Shown: in pieces, positions 1-11,783 of the stretch | How positions within the stretch are numbered: position 1 is the stretch's first letter | Layout of the letters: each line of letters opens with the position of its first letter | NCBI RefSeq assembly: GCF_000143415.4 | Contig: NW_003314359.1 | Coordinates: forward strand, 33,477-97,476 | Direction of reading: 5' to 3' | Length of the DNA stretch: 64,000 nt | Origin: Selaginella moellendorffii | Taxonomy: Eukaryota; Plantae; Lycopodiophyta | The notes under the pieces: model-generated | Databases searched by the model: none | Seen by the model: the letters and a program-made list of their open reading frames with translations, nothing else | What the model was told of the DNA's origin: nothing | Program-made: the position numbers and the translations under genes

Positions 1-545
1 GACTCGGACTCGGTTTTGGTCCCAGATTCTGACTCGGACTCGGTCTCGGTCTCGGTCTCGGTCTTGGTCTTGGTCCCGGTCTTGGTTCCATCTCGGACTC
101 CACCTTGGGTCCATCTCGGACTCCATCTCGGGTCCATCTCGGACTCCATCTCGGGTCCATCTCGGACTCCATCTCGGGTCCATCTCGGACTCCATCTCGG
201 TCCATCTCGGACTGCATCTCGGGTCCATCTTGGACTCCATCTCGGACTCCATATCGGACTCCATCTCGGACTCCACTTCGGACTCCATATTGGACTCCAC
301 TTCGGACTCCATATCGAACTCCACTTCGGGTCCATCTCGGACTCCATATCGGACTCCACTTCGGACTCCATATCGGACTCCACTTCGTGTCCATCTCGGA
401 CTCCATATCGGACTCCATCTCGGACTCCATATCGGACTCCACTTTGGGTCCATCTCGGACTCCATATCGGACTCCATCTCGGACTCCACTTCGGGTCCAT
501 CTCGGACTCCAACTCGGGTCCGCCTTGGACTCCATCTCGGACACT
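1..545. repeat. 6/12-bp-period tandem array (TCGGACTCCATC type) inside the family C LTR
   Basis: Direct reading. Reverse-complement arrays are at ~11940-12300 and ~17285-17580. Confidence 0.95.
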
Positions 546-775
546 TCCACGTGTCATGTGTTGGTCCTTTTTGGGTCCCTTTTTGGAGCCTTACTTGTTG
601 CTCGCTTCGTGCTTGCTCCTTGAGCACTTTGTTGGGAGTTCCACTCCCGCTGTCGACCTTCCAAGTCAAAGCTTTTAGTCCAAACGTGTTACACTTGTTT
701 GGCTTTCACTTCGGCCACTACCACGTGGCACCCTTTCCGGCTCCACTTTGGGGCCTAGGGATTTTGTGTCTCACA
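1..775 (-). mobile_element. Partial LTR of retroelement family C (inverted relative to the copies at 11784 and 17058), inserted into the RNase H region of the adjacent gypsy
   Basis: The reverse complement of 750-775 is TGTGAGACACAAAATCCCTAGGCCCC, the same start as the LTRs at 11784 and 17058. It carries the same 12-bp tandem array. The junction at 775/776 cuts pol immediately before 'HADPSQPF'. Confidence 0.8.
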
Positions 776-2831
776 CCACGCTGATCCCTCACAACCTTTC
801 TTCATCGTGGCTGACACCTCTGACTTTGCCATTGGCACTGTGTTGTCTCAACTCGGAGCGGATCAAGAATTTCATTCGATCACCTTCCATTCTCGGAAAT
901 TCCAGCCTGCGGAGATCAATTATGAAATCCACGACAAGGAGCTCCTTGCCATCATAGATTCCTTTAGAGAGTGGTGTCGTTTCTTGGAGGGGGTGGGCCA
1001 TTAAACAATGGTCTGGACGGATCACAAAAATCTCAAATACTTTGCCACTTCCCAAGTTTTGAGCTATCGTCAAGCAAGGTGGGCACAATTCCTGAGTCGG
1101 TTTGACTTTGTTATCAAGTACAGACCTGGAAAGCTTCAAGGCTTTCCTGATGCTCTTTCAAGGTTCTCCTATCTCAGTCTCAGGCCTGGTAATCCTACCT
1201 TCAATCAACAGGATCAAGTTATCCTTGGTCCTGATCGGTTTCAAGTTATGGCAATTTCCCTGACTCCTCAGGACTCCTCCTTGATGGATGCAATCAGAAA
1301 CAATATTCAATCCGATGACCTTGCCAATGACATTTTCCCCCATCTTCAAGCCGGACACCCAGTGACTCTTGATTGCCGGCGATTTGACAAGTTCGAGTTC
1401 TTAGATGGCTTGTTGTACCATGGGGAGCAACTTTACATTCCTGAAGGTGATGCTCGAAGGTTGGTCCTGATGGCGTGCCACGATAGCCCGACTGCTGGTC
1501 ACTTCGGCATTGCGAAAACCTATGAGCTGGTTGCACGGGACTTTTGGTGGCCTCACATGGATGACTACATCAAAGCTTTTGTTACCTCCTATGACACTTG
1601 CGCTCGGAATAAGGTAGCTTGCCACCTTCCTTCAGGTTTACTTCGTTCCCTCCCAGTCCCTTCAGGTCCTTGGGAATCCATCTCCATGGATTTCTTGAGT
1701 GATCTTCCAAGTTCTTGAGGTTTCAACAGCATTTTAGTCATGGTGGATTGCTTCACAAAGATGGCGCACTTCCTGCTGTGTACCAAGGAGTTTTCGGGTG
1801 AGGACATGGCAAAACTGGTATTTAGGGAAATTTTCCAACTTCATGGGATTCCTACAAATGTGGTTTCAGATTGGGGACCTTAGTTTATCTCTCATTTCTG
1901 GCAATGGTTTTTGCAGCTGCTGGGAATGAAGGCTAACCTCTCTTCGGCGTATCATCCTCAAACTGATGGATAGTCCGAGTGAATGATTCAGACATTGGAA
2001 CAATTCTTGAGGTGCTTCATCAACTATTATCAGGATGACTGGTTTGATATCCTTCCCCTTGCTGAGTTCTCCTATAACAACTCTATTCACTCCTCTCTTT
2101 GAGTTTCCCCCTTCTTTGCAAACTCTGGCTAAAATCCCCAATTCAATTTCTCACTTCCTTCTCCATCTGAATCCTCTCATTCAAATCCCTGCTCTGAGGC
2201 ATTTGTCTCCAACCTCCAGGAAATCCACAACTCCATCTCCTTCCACCTCCATTGTGCTCAGGAATTTTACAAAACATTTGCCAATGTCCATCGTCAGGAT
2301 TGTCCCCCTTACAATATCGGGGATAAAGTCTGGCTCCTCAAGCGAAATATCTCCACCACTAGGCCATGTCCCAAACTCGATTTCAAACGCCTCGGTCCTT
2401 TCCTTATCACTGCCATCATTAATCCTATCACTTATCGCCTTGCACTTCCCTCCTCATATCAAATTCACCCCGTTTTTCATTCCTTTCTCCTTGAGCCTTA
2501 TATTCCCAGTCCTATTCCAAATCGGGTCATTTCTCCGCCTCCACCAGTGCAGCTTGAGGATGGGTCTAAGTATGAGGTTCAGGACATCCTTGATTCCAAG
2601 ATCTCACGATCTAAACTCTACTATCTGGTCGACTGTAAGGGTTATGGACCTGAAGAATGCACTTGGGAATCTGCGGACAACTTGATTTATTCTCCTGACT
2701 TTGTTCAAAACTTCCACTGCCGCTATCCTTCTCGTTCTAGTCCTCATTCTTTTTCTCCATCTCCCATCCCTCACCGCCCATCTCATCCTCCTCTTCGTTC
2801 TCATTCACGCCCTTGTTCCACTCGTTCTTGA
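776..2831 (+). pseudogene. Ty3/gypsy (chromovirus-type) pol remnant: RNase H, integrase, chromodomain
   Basis: Motifs DTSDFAIG, NYEIHDKELLAI, TDHKNL, HDSPTAGHFG, PWESISMDF, GPF, YEVQDILDS...YLVDCKGYGPEECTWE. Many stops and frameshifts. Confidence 0.93.
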
Positions 2832-2842
2832 GGAGGGGGTTC

Positions 2843-3211
2843 TGCCAGAAATCCCCCAATTCTTGCTACATTCCTAACTCTCGCTAGATTCCTAACCTGC
2901 AGACCACATTCCTGACTCTCGAAACACTTCCCCATTCTTGACTCTCAATTTTCCATACGAATACTGAGTCTCGAGCCACATTCCTAATGATGATGTGGCG
3001 CCCCCTCGACCTCAGCTATATTTAGGCTGTCCAAGAGTGGTGGAGCTTCATCAACCTATAGTATATATAGGTTTAGCCTTGTTCCATTTTTGCACAATTT
3101 GAATCAACACTAGTCTAAGGTTTCTTCTTCGTTTTCACTAGCTTTTCTCTTTGTTTTTTGCATTTTCCAGTCTTGATCTTGTTGGGGGTCTTGATAGAAC
3201 CCGGAATGACA
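2843..3211 (+). repeat. 3' LTR of the chromovirus-type gypsy (PPT at 2830-2839)
   Basis: PPT GAGGAGGGGG, then TGCCAG...ATGACA. Unrelated minus-strand gag-pro sequence resumes at 3212. Confidence 0.75.
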
Positions 3212-4045
3212 TCAATCCAATGATCAACCTCACAGTTAGGAGGTAATTCTGGTGGCAAATCCTTTGGAAAGATATTTTAATTCCTCGCCAACAACTCCAA
3301 TATCAGGATCAACCTTGTCGCTGATTCGAACTAAGTCACCAACACCATCAGCTTCCATCACTTGAACCCAAAAGGTTCGACATCCCTTCTTAGCTGCTTT
3401 TTGAGCAGCTCTTGCTGTCAAGAATTTAGCATCGCAATCTTTTGAGGAGCACTTTTGCAACTGGAAGGACACATCAGGACGTCCTTTTGATTTCAATGTG
3501 ATACATTTTGTCCAACACCATAAATCCCCTTAATATATTTGTTGAATAAACCCATACCAAACACTATATGAAAATCTGGTATTTTCAACATTACCAAGTC
3601 CACTCTTTCTTTCCACTTGGATATTTTTGTTGAAACATCATTCACAAACTTTCTGGTGACTTACCCACCTTCTGGAAACTGGAAGTGTATGGGCGATATT
3701 TGCTCAGCATTCAGTCCTTATAACTTAACTAAGTTTTCGGATATCACACTATGCATAGCTCCTGTGTTAATCATCACTCGGGTTTGGTGTCCGCGGACAA
3801 AGCCTACAAGATATATCAACGGATCAATATTTGCATTGACTACAAAAAAAGCTTGAAAAAAGCAACGAAAGTAACTCACCTCCTCTTCCTCATAGTCTAT
3901 ATTGACTAACTTGTCAACCCCTTCAGCTTCACCACCACCCTCTTCTCTTATGATATTAACTCGAAACCTTGTCTTATGCTTGTTGGGACATTCTGAGGAC
4001 CTATGTCCTAACTTTCCACAATGGAAGCAATGACCCACACTATCT

Positions 4046-4636
4046 TGTAAGCTCTTGAATTTGGACTTCCCAGGAGGTCACCAAACCCAGTACTATTTAA
4101 ACCCAAATACGCTTAACCCCAAATATCCCAAGACCTTAACCAATTGGAAAAGGGAGTGCACTCTTATTCATGGGCCCTTTCCCTCTATATTTGAACCCTA
4201 TGGATTATCTCTCGAGTTGTTCTCTTTTGTTGCTTACAATCCATTACACTTCCCTGCAAGTTTATGCCCTCGTGAACGGAAGCTGAGAGCCACAGCTTTC
4301 CCGAGAGCCTCGCTCTCTTGACACCCTACCCCTCGGGTTGAGCCCAGCGGGAGCAAACTGGACTAGCCAGATGTCAATCAATATGTGGTGTGATTCCCTT
4401 AGCCAACCAACAAAGTTGAACCCGAGACCTCTCTAATACCAAATGTAAGTTTTTGAATTTGGACTTTCCGAGAGGTCACCCACCCAGTACTATTCAAACC
4501 CAAGGACACTTAACCTCAAATATTCTAAGACCCTTAACCAATTGGAAAAAGGGGTGCACTCTTATTCATGGGCCCTTTCCCTCTATATTTGAACCCTATG
4601 GATCGTCTCTCGAGTCGTTCTCTTTGGTTGCTTACA
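4046..4636 (-). mobile_element. Cassandra TRIM (LTRs carry 5S rRNA-derived sequence)
   Basis: Two 193-bp TG...CA LTRs (4046-4238, 4444-4636), ~205-bp non-coding interior, PBS TGGTATTAGAG (4431-4441, minus), TSD TATCT/TATTT. LTRs contain a 5S-like internal control region. Confidence 0.92.
4063..4117 (-). ncRNA. 5S rRNA-derived segment (box A/IE/C region) in Cassandra LTR; second copy at ~4461-4514
   Basis: Minus strand reads GTTAAGCGTATTTGGGTTTAAATAGTACTGGGTTTGGTGACCTCCTGGGAAGTCC, versus plant 5S GTTAAGCGTGCTTGGGCGAGAGTAGTACTAGGATGGGTGACCTCCTGGGAAGTCC. Partial, not a full 5S gene. Confidence 0.88.
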
Positions 4637-5500
4637 TATTTGTTTTGTTAGGTTTGAACTTTAAAACTCGTGCAATTGGGGGCAATTGTAGAACTTCATC
4701 GTCCTCAAAATTTGAAGAGGAGTTCAGTTGCTTAGGTTTAGCTGTTTAGCTACCTTAGCTTCTTTTTTCCTCTTCTTATTCTCCTTCTTCAATTTGTGAA
4801 CTTCCCTTTGCAAATTCTCAATCTTGACTTCTTGAGCCGTACGTTGTAGTGCTGTAGCATCTAGCTCTTCCTCTTCTAACTTAGCCTCAGCCTCAGCCTC
4901 TTCTACAACATCTCTAGCAGGAGTTTCCTCCTCTCGATTCGCCTATCTAGAGGTTTTAGCATCATTAACATGGTTCCTTTTCACCATCCTACTAGCTACA
5001 TGCATGCCTCTATTAGTAATTGAGTATGCATACAACATTCTTACCAAATGGTGCAATCCCACTAATCCTACACAGGTCACTTTGGATCTACTAGAAAAGT
5101 CTTTGCGTATGCAACTTGAGTTAGAAAATCCGACATAGGAATCGCTGAGACAATTCCTCTGATACCAAATGTATCACACCTAAATTTGGAGCCGAGCTCC
5201 AAGCTTGTTGTGATACAAAACGAGGGTCCAATATAATCCCACGAGCATCAGCTCCCCATATTCAACACCTACAGGCAAAATGGTGTCAGATGATGTCTGG
5301 CACAATTTTGGTATACCAATGGCCTAACGCGGGGAGGAGGATACCCCACCAACTAGAGCGGCGTGGAGCTTGGGCTTAGACCCAAGCTAGACACAGAACA
5401 AGTAGGGACACAACCCAGTGGAAGCCAAATTAATGTCTCAGGTGGTCGGACATGCATTCCATGTCCCTACTATACATTTGGAACCCCCCATATCCCCCCC

Positions 5501-8500
5501 TGTTAGGCGCCAGCTTTGACTACGTGGTCAACGTCGGTCAAAGGGAGGCTCAAGGGTATATTAAGGCATGTTAGGGTAAGGGACTTAACCTACCCTAGGG
5601 CTCACAGTGGAGCGGCGGCGCAGTGGAGCTTTTGAGGTAGCTCGGGGGTGGTTGGGTGGTGAGGAACCTCAAGAGGTGGCGTAGCATAGTCTTGGGCAAC
5701 TAGATCTTTGTCTTTTTGCGCCGGATCATAACATTGGTATCAGAGAATTGGTTGCGATGGCCGACCAAGCTGAATGCTGGAATCCTATCATCGATGGTGG
5801 TGCCGACGGTGGTGCCGACGAAGCTGTGGAGATTTGGACCATTCAAGATGTGGTTCATGAGCTGCGAGCCCTTAATAAAAATCAGCAAGAGATGCAAGAC
5901 GAGATGCATGGCATGATGGATACCATGCGTGGGCGTGTTGAGGCACTCGAGGCTGGACGGGGTAGCGCTCCAAGTAAGCCTTCTTTGGTAGATCGACTCA
6001 AGATTCCAACCTTTTCCGGTGATGGTGGTGTGGACGAGTGTCTCGCTTGGCTAGCCAATGTGAAGAAGTTCTTGGCTGCTAGAGGAACTCCAGATGCAGA
6101 GGCTTTAGTGGCTATTCCGATGGTTTTGCGTGATGCGGGTCTTCGATGGTGGAATTGGCTTGAGGAGTCCCGTGTTGCGGATAAGAAACCACCGGTGTCT
6201 ACCATGGATGAGTTTGAGGCTGCTTTTCGTTTACGTTTTGCCCCTCATTATGACGTGGAGAATGCTCGTACAGAACTTCGCCATTTCCAGCAAGGGAAAA
6301 TGACGCTCGGGGACTATATTGAGAAGCTTACTCGCTTGATTAGTCGTGTTCCAACGAAGGATCCAGATCAGAACAAGTCCTACTTCATTGATGGCCTCCA
6401 TAGTGAGAGTATGCGGCAACACTTGCGTCATTCTCAGCCTACAAAGAGTTTGGAGGAGCTCTTTGATGCGGCTCGTCGCCTTGACAATGACAAGCACAAG
6501 TCTCACAAGCGTTCGCGGAGTCCTTCTGTCGAGAATCGTCGTGATGATCGCCATGGACACAAGGAGGGGAACAAGCATCACAAGTTGAAGTCGGTGGTGA
6601 CTACTTCAGATGCAAAGGGGTCCAAGAAGCAGAAGTTCTTTGTGAAGAATTATAGACAGGGTTGTCATCATTGCGGCGAACTTGGACACTACAAGGCTGA
6701 TTGTCCGCAGTTGAAGAACAAGCAGCAGGACAAGAAGAATGGCCAATCATCTTCTCACGGTAAGTCAGATACTAAAAAGTTGCAAGCTTTACAGCGTGAG
6801 GATGACGAGAACGACCATTCCGGTCGGAGGAAGAGACTTTCGATCGTTGCTCGTCAACTCAACTGTGTGTGGAACAAGATGGAGCTCGAGGATACGCGTG
6901 AATCAGCTTTAATGCTGGAGGGCGTGTTCCGTGGCGATCCAGTGCGGATTTTACTGGATAGTGGGAGCGATGACAACTTTGTTTCGGCAAAGTTTGTTGC
7001 GGAGCATCGCCTGAACACACGTGGAGTTGTTCCATACACAGTGGAAGGTGCAGCTACCTTTGCTCAGCATTTCGATGCTTGTGTTGAGGGGCTGGAAGTG
7101 TTGGTTGGCAAAACCACACTTGTGGAGACTTTTTATCTCGCGGATATCCATCGTGTGGATCTCATTCTTGGGATGCCATGGTTGGTGAAGGTGGATCCAG
7201 AGATAAAGTGGAGCATTAAGTGTATCTCGCTGGAGTATGGTGGCGTTAAAGATGTGTGGTTTGGCGAGGGCGTTCAACCACCAGTTGTTATGCTCTCTGC
7301 TACATCTTTGAAGCGGGCTTGTCGTAATGGAAAAGCACTTTCAAGTTACTTGCTGTTTGTTCGTAACTTGGGGGACCAAGGCACGTGTGGGGGAGAAGCA
7401 GCAGTACGGGATGTACTTGATGAGTTTTCTGATGTTTTTCCATCTGAACTTCCTCATGGATTGCCTCCATTACGAGGTGTGGAGCATGGGATTACATTGG
7501 AGCCGGGGACGCGGCCAATTTACTGGCGTCCATTTCGGTTAAGTTATGCGGAGGAGCAAGAAGTTCAACGACAAGTCAAGGAGTTACTTGAGTTTGGATT
7601 TATTCAGCCAAGTAAGTCTCCATTTGGTGCTCCGGTCTTGCTTGTGAAGAAGAAGGACGGTTCAATGCGGATGTGTATTGACTACCGTGCTTTAAACAAG
7701 AAGACAGTGAAGGACAAGATGCCGATGCCACGTGTGGATGATATCCTAGACAAGCTTGGTGAAGCACGAGTGTTTACCAAGATTGATCTGAGGAGTGGAT
7801 ATCATCAGATTGCAATGGATGATGCATCTATCTCCAAGACGGCATTCAACACAAGCTTTGGACATTTTGAGTTTACCGTTATGCCGTTTGGTTTGACGAA
7901 TGCACCGGCCACATTTACTCAGTTGATGATGGAGGTATTTGGGCATTATCTTCATGAGTTTGTGGAGATTTTCTTGGATGATATTCTTGTTTTTAGCAAG
8001 AATATGGAGGAGCATAGGGTGCATTTGCGCAAGGTTCTTTCGTTACTTCGAGACAGCAAACTTTATGCGAAGAAGAGCAAATGTGAATTTGCAAAGTCGG
8101 AGGTGGAATATCTAGGCCATATTGTGACATCTAAGGGTGTCAAGACGGATCCAAGAAAGGTGGCTGTGGTGGAAAACTAGCCTACACCGACTACAGTGGC
8201 CGAGTTGCGCAGTTTTCTTGGTATGGCTAGTTACTACCGACGTTTCCAGCATAAGTTTGCAGAGGTGGCTATTCCGTTGACGCGGTTGTTACGCAAGAAT
8301 GTGCCATTCGAGTGGAAGACGCCACAAGAGGAGAGTTTTGTGGCGCTGAAACGATTGTTGATCGAGGCTCCAGTGCTTCGCATTGCTGATCCATCGAGAC
8401 CTTACGAGGTGACATACGATGCGAGTGGTTATGCACTGGGAGGAGTTCTCATGCAAGAGGGACAGCCTATTGCATATGAGAGTCGAACTTTGAATTCCGC

Positions 8501-10416
8501 GGAGCAACGCTATTCCACATATGAGCAAGAGTTACTCTCTATTGTTCATGCTTTGCGGACGTGGCGGCACTATCTTTATGGTGCAGTGTTCGTGGTGTTG
8601 ACAGATCACAAACCACTTGTGTATCTTTTCACACAGAAGGAGTTGAACACTAGGCAAGCTCGTTTGATGGTCAAACTCATGGAGTTTGGGGAGTTTCCTA
8701 TTGAGCATCGTCCGGGAAAATCAAATGTGGTGGCGGATGCTTTATCTCGTGTTCGTCATGTGACGACGTTACGAACACGATTTTGTCATCATTTGAGTAA
8801 GGTGGTCAGCGAGTTTGGGCAGTTAGTTGAGCATGCTCAGGCTCAGGATGCTGAGGTGGCCTCTTTGCGAGACCAGATGGAAGCTCCTTTCTCATTGGTG
8901 GATGGGATTCTCTACTACAATGGCCGTGTCTATTTGCCACGGGTGGATGCGTTAATTACTCAAGTTTTATTCCACTATCATGATCGTCCAGAGGCCGGTC
9001 ATTTTGGGGGGAAGAAGACGTATGAGTTGATTAAGCGCAACTTTTATTGGAGGAATATGAAGGCTGATATCCTCAAGTATTGTAAATCATGCGAGCTTTG
9101 TCAACAGGTTAAGGTGCCACAGGAGAAGCCGGGGGGACTTTTGCAACCTTTACTTATTCCTCAGAGCCGTTGGTGTAGTATCTCTATGGACTTCATCACT
9201 TGTTTGCCACGAACACAGAGGCAAAAGGAGCAAGTATGGGTCATAGTGGATCGGTTGACGAAGTATGTGTGGTTGTTGGCTCTTCGGAAGACTGTCACTG
9301 CCTCAGACTTGGCTGCGGTTTACTTGGAGAAGGTTTTTCCTGATTTTGGTTTGCCGGAGGACATCATTAGTGATCGAGATTCAAAGTTCACTAGCGGATT
9401 TTGGAAAAGCTTTGCAAAGGCTATGCAAGTGACTTTGAAACTCTCGAGTGGAGATCATCCTCAGACGGATGGGCAAACTGAGCGTGTGAATCAGGTGGTG
9501 GAGGATATGCTACGTTGTAGCATTGGTCAAAGGCAAGGACAGTGGGATTTATATCTTCCGTTGGTGCAATTTGCTTACAACAATAGCCAACACAGTGGAA
9601 CCAAGCTAAGTCCTTACTTTGCCATGTTTGGAAGGCATCCTCGAACAGCGGTGGAGTTGGGATTGCATTTGAGTAAGGACGTTCAAGATAAGCTTGATTC
9701 CGAGGCAACTGATCTGGCCACAGAACTTGATGAGATTCTGGTGGTGTGCAAACGGAATTTGCAAGCAGCTCAGGATAGAGCGGAGAAGTTTGCCAATGAG
9801 CATCGCCAATTCCGGGAATATAAGGTGGGTGATCTCGTCTTTGTGCGAGTGATCTTTCCGTCAAGTGAGCGGCGGAACACTTTGGTGCCTTTATGGACAG
9901 GGAAGAGTGATAAACTTTCCCATCGATATGCTGGTCCATATGAAGTGCTGGAGCGCATTGGTAAAGCGGCTTATCGAGTGCGGCTGCCAGTTGGGGTGAA
10001 AATTCATCCGGTATTTTATGTCAGCCAGTTGAAAGGTGTACTATCTCGGAGTGATGGGCCCAATGCCTCCTTGATGTATACAGCTGTGGAAGATGGACCA
10101 AGAGCTTGAGCAGGATTCCCCAGAAAGGGTGATCACCGGTACAACTCGTCCTTGGGACAAGGACTTTGTTGGGGGGGAAGAATTGTTAGGCGCCAGCTTT
10201 GACTACGTGGTCAACGTCGGTCAAAGGGAGGCTCAAGGGTATATTAAGGCATGTTAGGGTAAGGGACTTAACCTACCCTAGGGCTCACAGTGGAGCGGCG
10301 GCGCAGTGGAGCTTTTGAGGTAGCTCGGGGGTGGTTGGGTGGTGAGGAACCTCAAGAGGTGGCTTAGCATAGTCTTGGGCAACTAGATCTTTGTCTTTTT
10401 GCGCCGGATCATAACA
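5501..10416 (+). mobile_element. Young full-length Ty3/gypsy LTR retrotransposon
   Basis: 233-bp LTRs at 5501-5733 and 10184-10416 differ at 1 position. PBS TGGTATCAGAG at 5735-5745, PPT GGGGGGGAAG at 10171-10180, inserted in a poly-C tract (TSD CCCCC). Confidence 0.97.
5757..10109 (+). pseudogene. gag-pol polyprotein (gag, CCHC, protease, RT, RNase H, integrase) with one premature stop at 8178-8180
   Basis: [85 protein letters not shown]. ORFs 5748-8180 and 8196-10109 are in the same frame, separated by TAG where homologues have W (EN-W-PTP). Confidence 0.95.
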
Positions 10417-11095
10417 CCCCCCCCCCCCCTTGAGGAACACATGCTTTGGGTTTTCACCCCAAGCCTCCCTTAGTACTAGGAGTTAGTCTTTAGGACAAGC
10501 TCAAAACTTACTAAATATGGTATGTCCCTAGATTGTGAATTTTGTGAATTTGAACATAGGACAAACACCATTGTGTTTAGGATATTCTATAAATACGTTA
10601 AATGAGCAAATCTCCATAATTAGCATTTGGGACCGAAACGAGACTAACACAAAAAGTGTGATAGCGAGGGTGTTTGGTAGACACAGTAAGCTATCATTCG
10701 GCGATATTAAGAGACTAGTCTCAATACGCAAGGGTTCTTGCCAAGCTAGTGCAAGACAAAGAAAAAAAGAACTAAAAACTAGGCTGAAAATGCTCAGCTA
10801 GAAACATATAGAAGTTCCTACCTTATGTTCATCTAGCTAAATACAGATGCTAAGCCCAATAATATAACATTTGGACAAAAGGGGCTTCTGAAAGGAATCA
10901 GCAGTATTAACCTCCTGCCGTTATGGCAGTAAAGAAAGAGTATCCATAAGGATTGGCTGACAAATATTTTTTGATACCCGAAGTCACATTTGCGACAGTA
11001 ATACATATATATATATATATATATGTATTTACAAACCTTACAGTATGTTATGATAAACTATATTTATATAAATAAGATAACTAAGTAATGTGCAC

Positions 11096-11783
11096 TATGA
11101 GGTCAAAGTGTATGGTTATAATTCCGTATATTAATATTAACAGCCACACACTAATATTAATATAGTGGGATTTTAATAGCCATCAGATTGGTTTTAATCC
11201 AAACCCATCACTCCTTTATATAAGCTAGGGGTTTTGGGTTAATTGATATGCTTATTTCTATATTCCATTTTTATATTTTATACATTCATATCGGTAGAGT
11301 TGAGGTGCAATTTTGATTGTCCCTAACGAGTCTTTAGATTCATAATGTTTACTTAGATCTAACTTTTGCATCATGTAGATCTCAATTTCTATATAGCTTT
11401 TTTAATATTTTCTTTTTTGCCTTTTCCTTTTCATTCAAAGCAGTAACCTCCTCCTCTTTTGACTCTAGAGTAATAATTGGTATAGTTGCTTAATGCTATA
11501 TGGTTGCAATTGAACAATCAGACTTAATTGATAGTAGCATTCATGGCACATGGTTCAACTCCTCTTGCTTTTGTTGCCAATCTTCTCATTTGGCTAGAAT
11601 TCTTTCCTGGGAATCCTAGGGATGATGTGTATTATTAATTTGATCACTTTACTATAATTGCCACATATCATTCTTGGGATGATGCTTAGTGTTTGCATGA
11701 ATTTCCCACATGTCTCTAAGAAACGGCATTGCAATAGTATAATAGTTTGAGTGTCATCACTCATATGGATTTGAGCATTTTCC
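11096..11783 (+). mobile_element. 5' part of small non-autonomous LTR element (family D), interrupted by family C
   Basis: 11096-11290 is homologous to the LTR at 51538-51713, and 11290-11783 to 50014-50500. A matching continuation (ATGTCTTTAAA) resumes at ~41402. Confidence 0.65.

Larger units (their letters stand above)
3236..4990 (-). pseudogene. gag (CCHC knuckle) / retropepsin remnant of element B, interrupted by Cassandra
   Basis: CFHCGKLGHRSSEC; RVMINTGAMHSVIS (degenerate D-[ST]-G-A); stops and frameshifts. Confidence 0.8.
3212..10997 (-). mobile_element. 5' part of a decayed gypsy-like element B (5' LTR = 5170-5500 plus 10422-10997, split by a younger gypsy)
   Basis: PBS TGGTATCAGAG on the minus strand at ~5157-5167 abuts the LTR end at 5170. 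The LTR begins TGTCGCAAATGTGAC at 10997 on the minus strand. Gag zinc knuckle and protease motifs lie downstream. Confidence 0.75.

Noticed and set aside
16-784. Long ORFs (also 11890-12171, 17176-17400, 41703-42126)
   Set aside because: Stop-free translations of 6/12-bp tandem arrays, open in several frames.
4063-4117. Genuine 5S rRNA gene
   Set aside because: Only ~55 nt, diverged, and embedded in LTRs.
8178-8180. Programmed stop-codon readthrough
   Set aside because: It lies at the end of RT at a conserved Trp, not at a gag/pol boundary; a TGG>TAG mutation is simpler.
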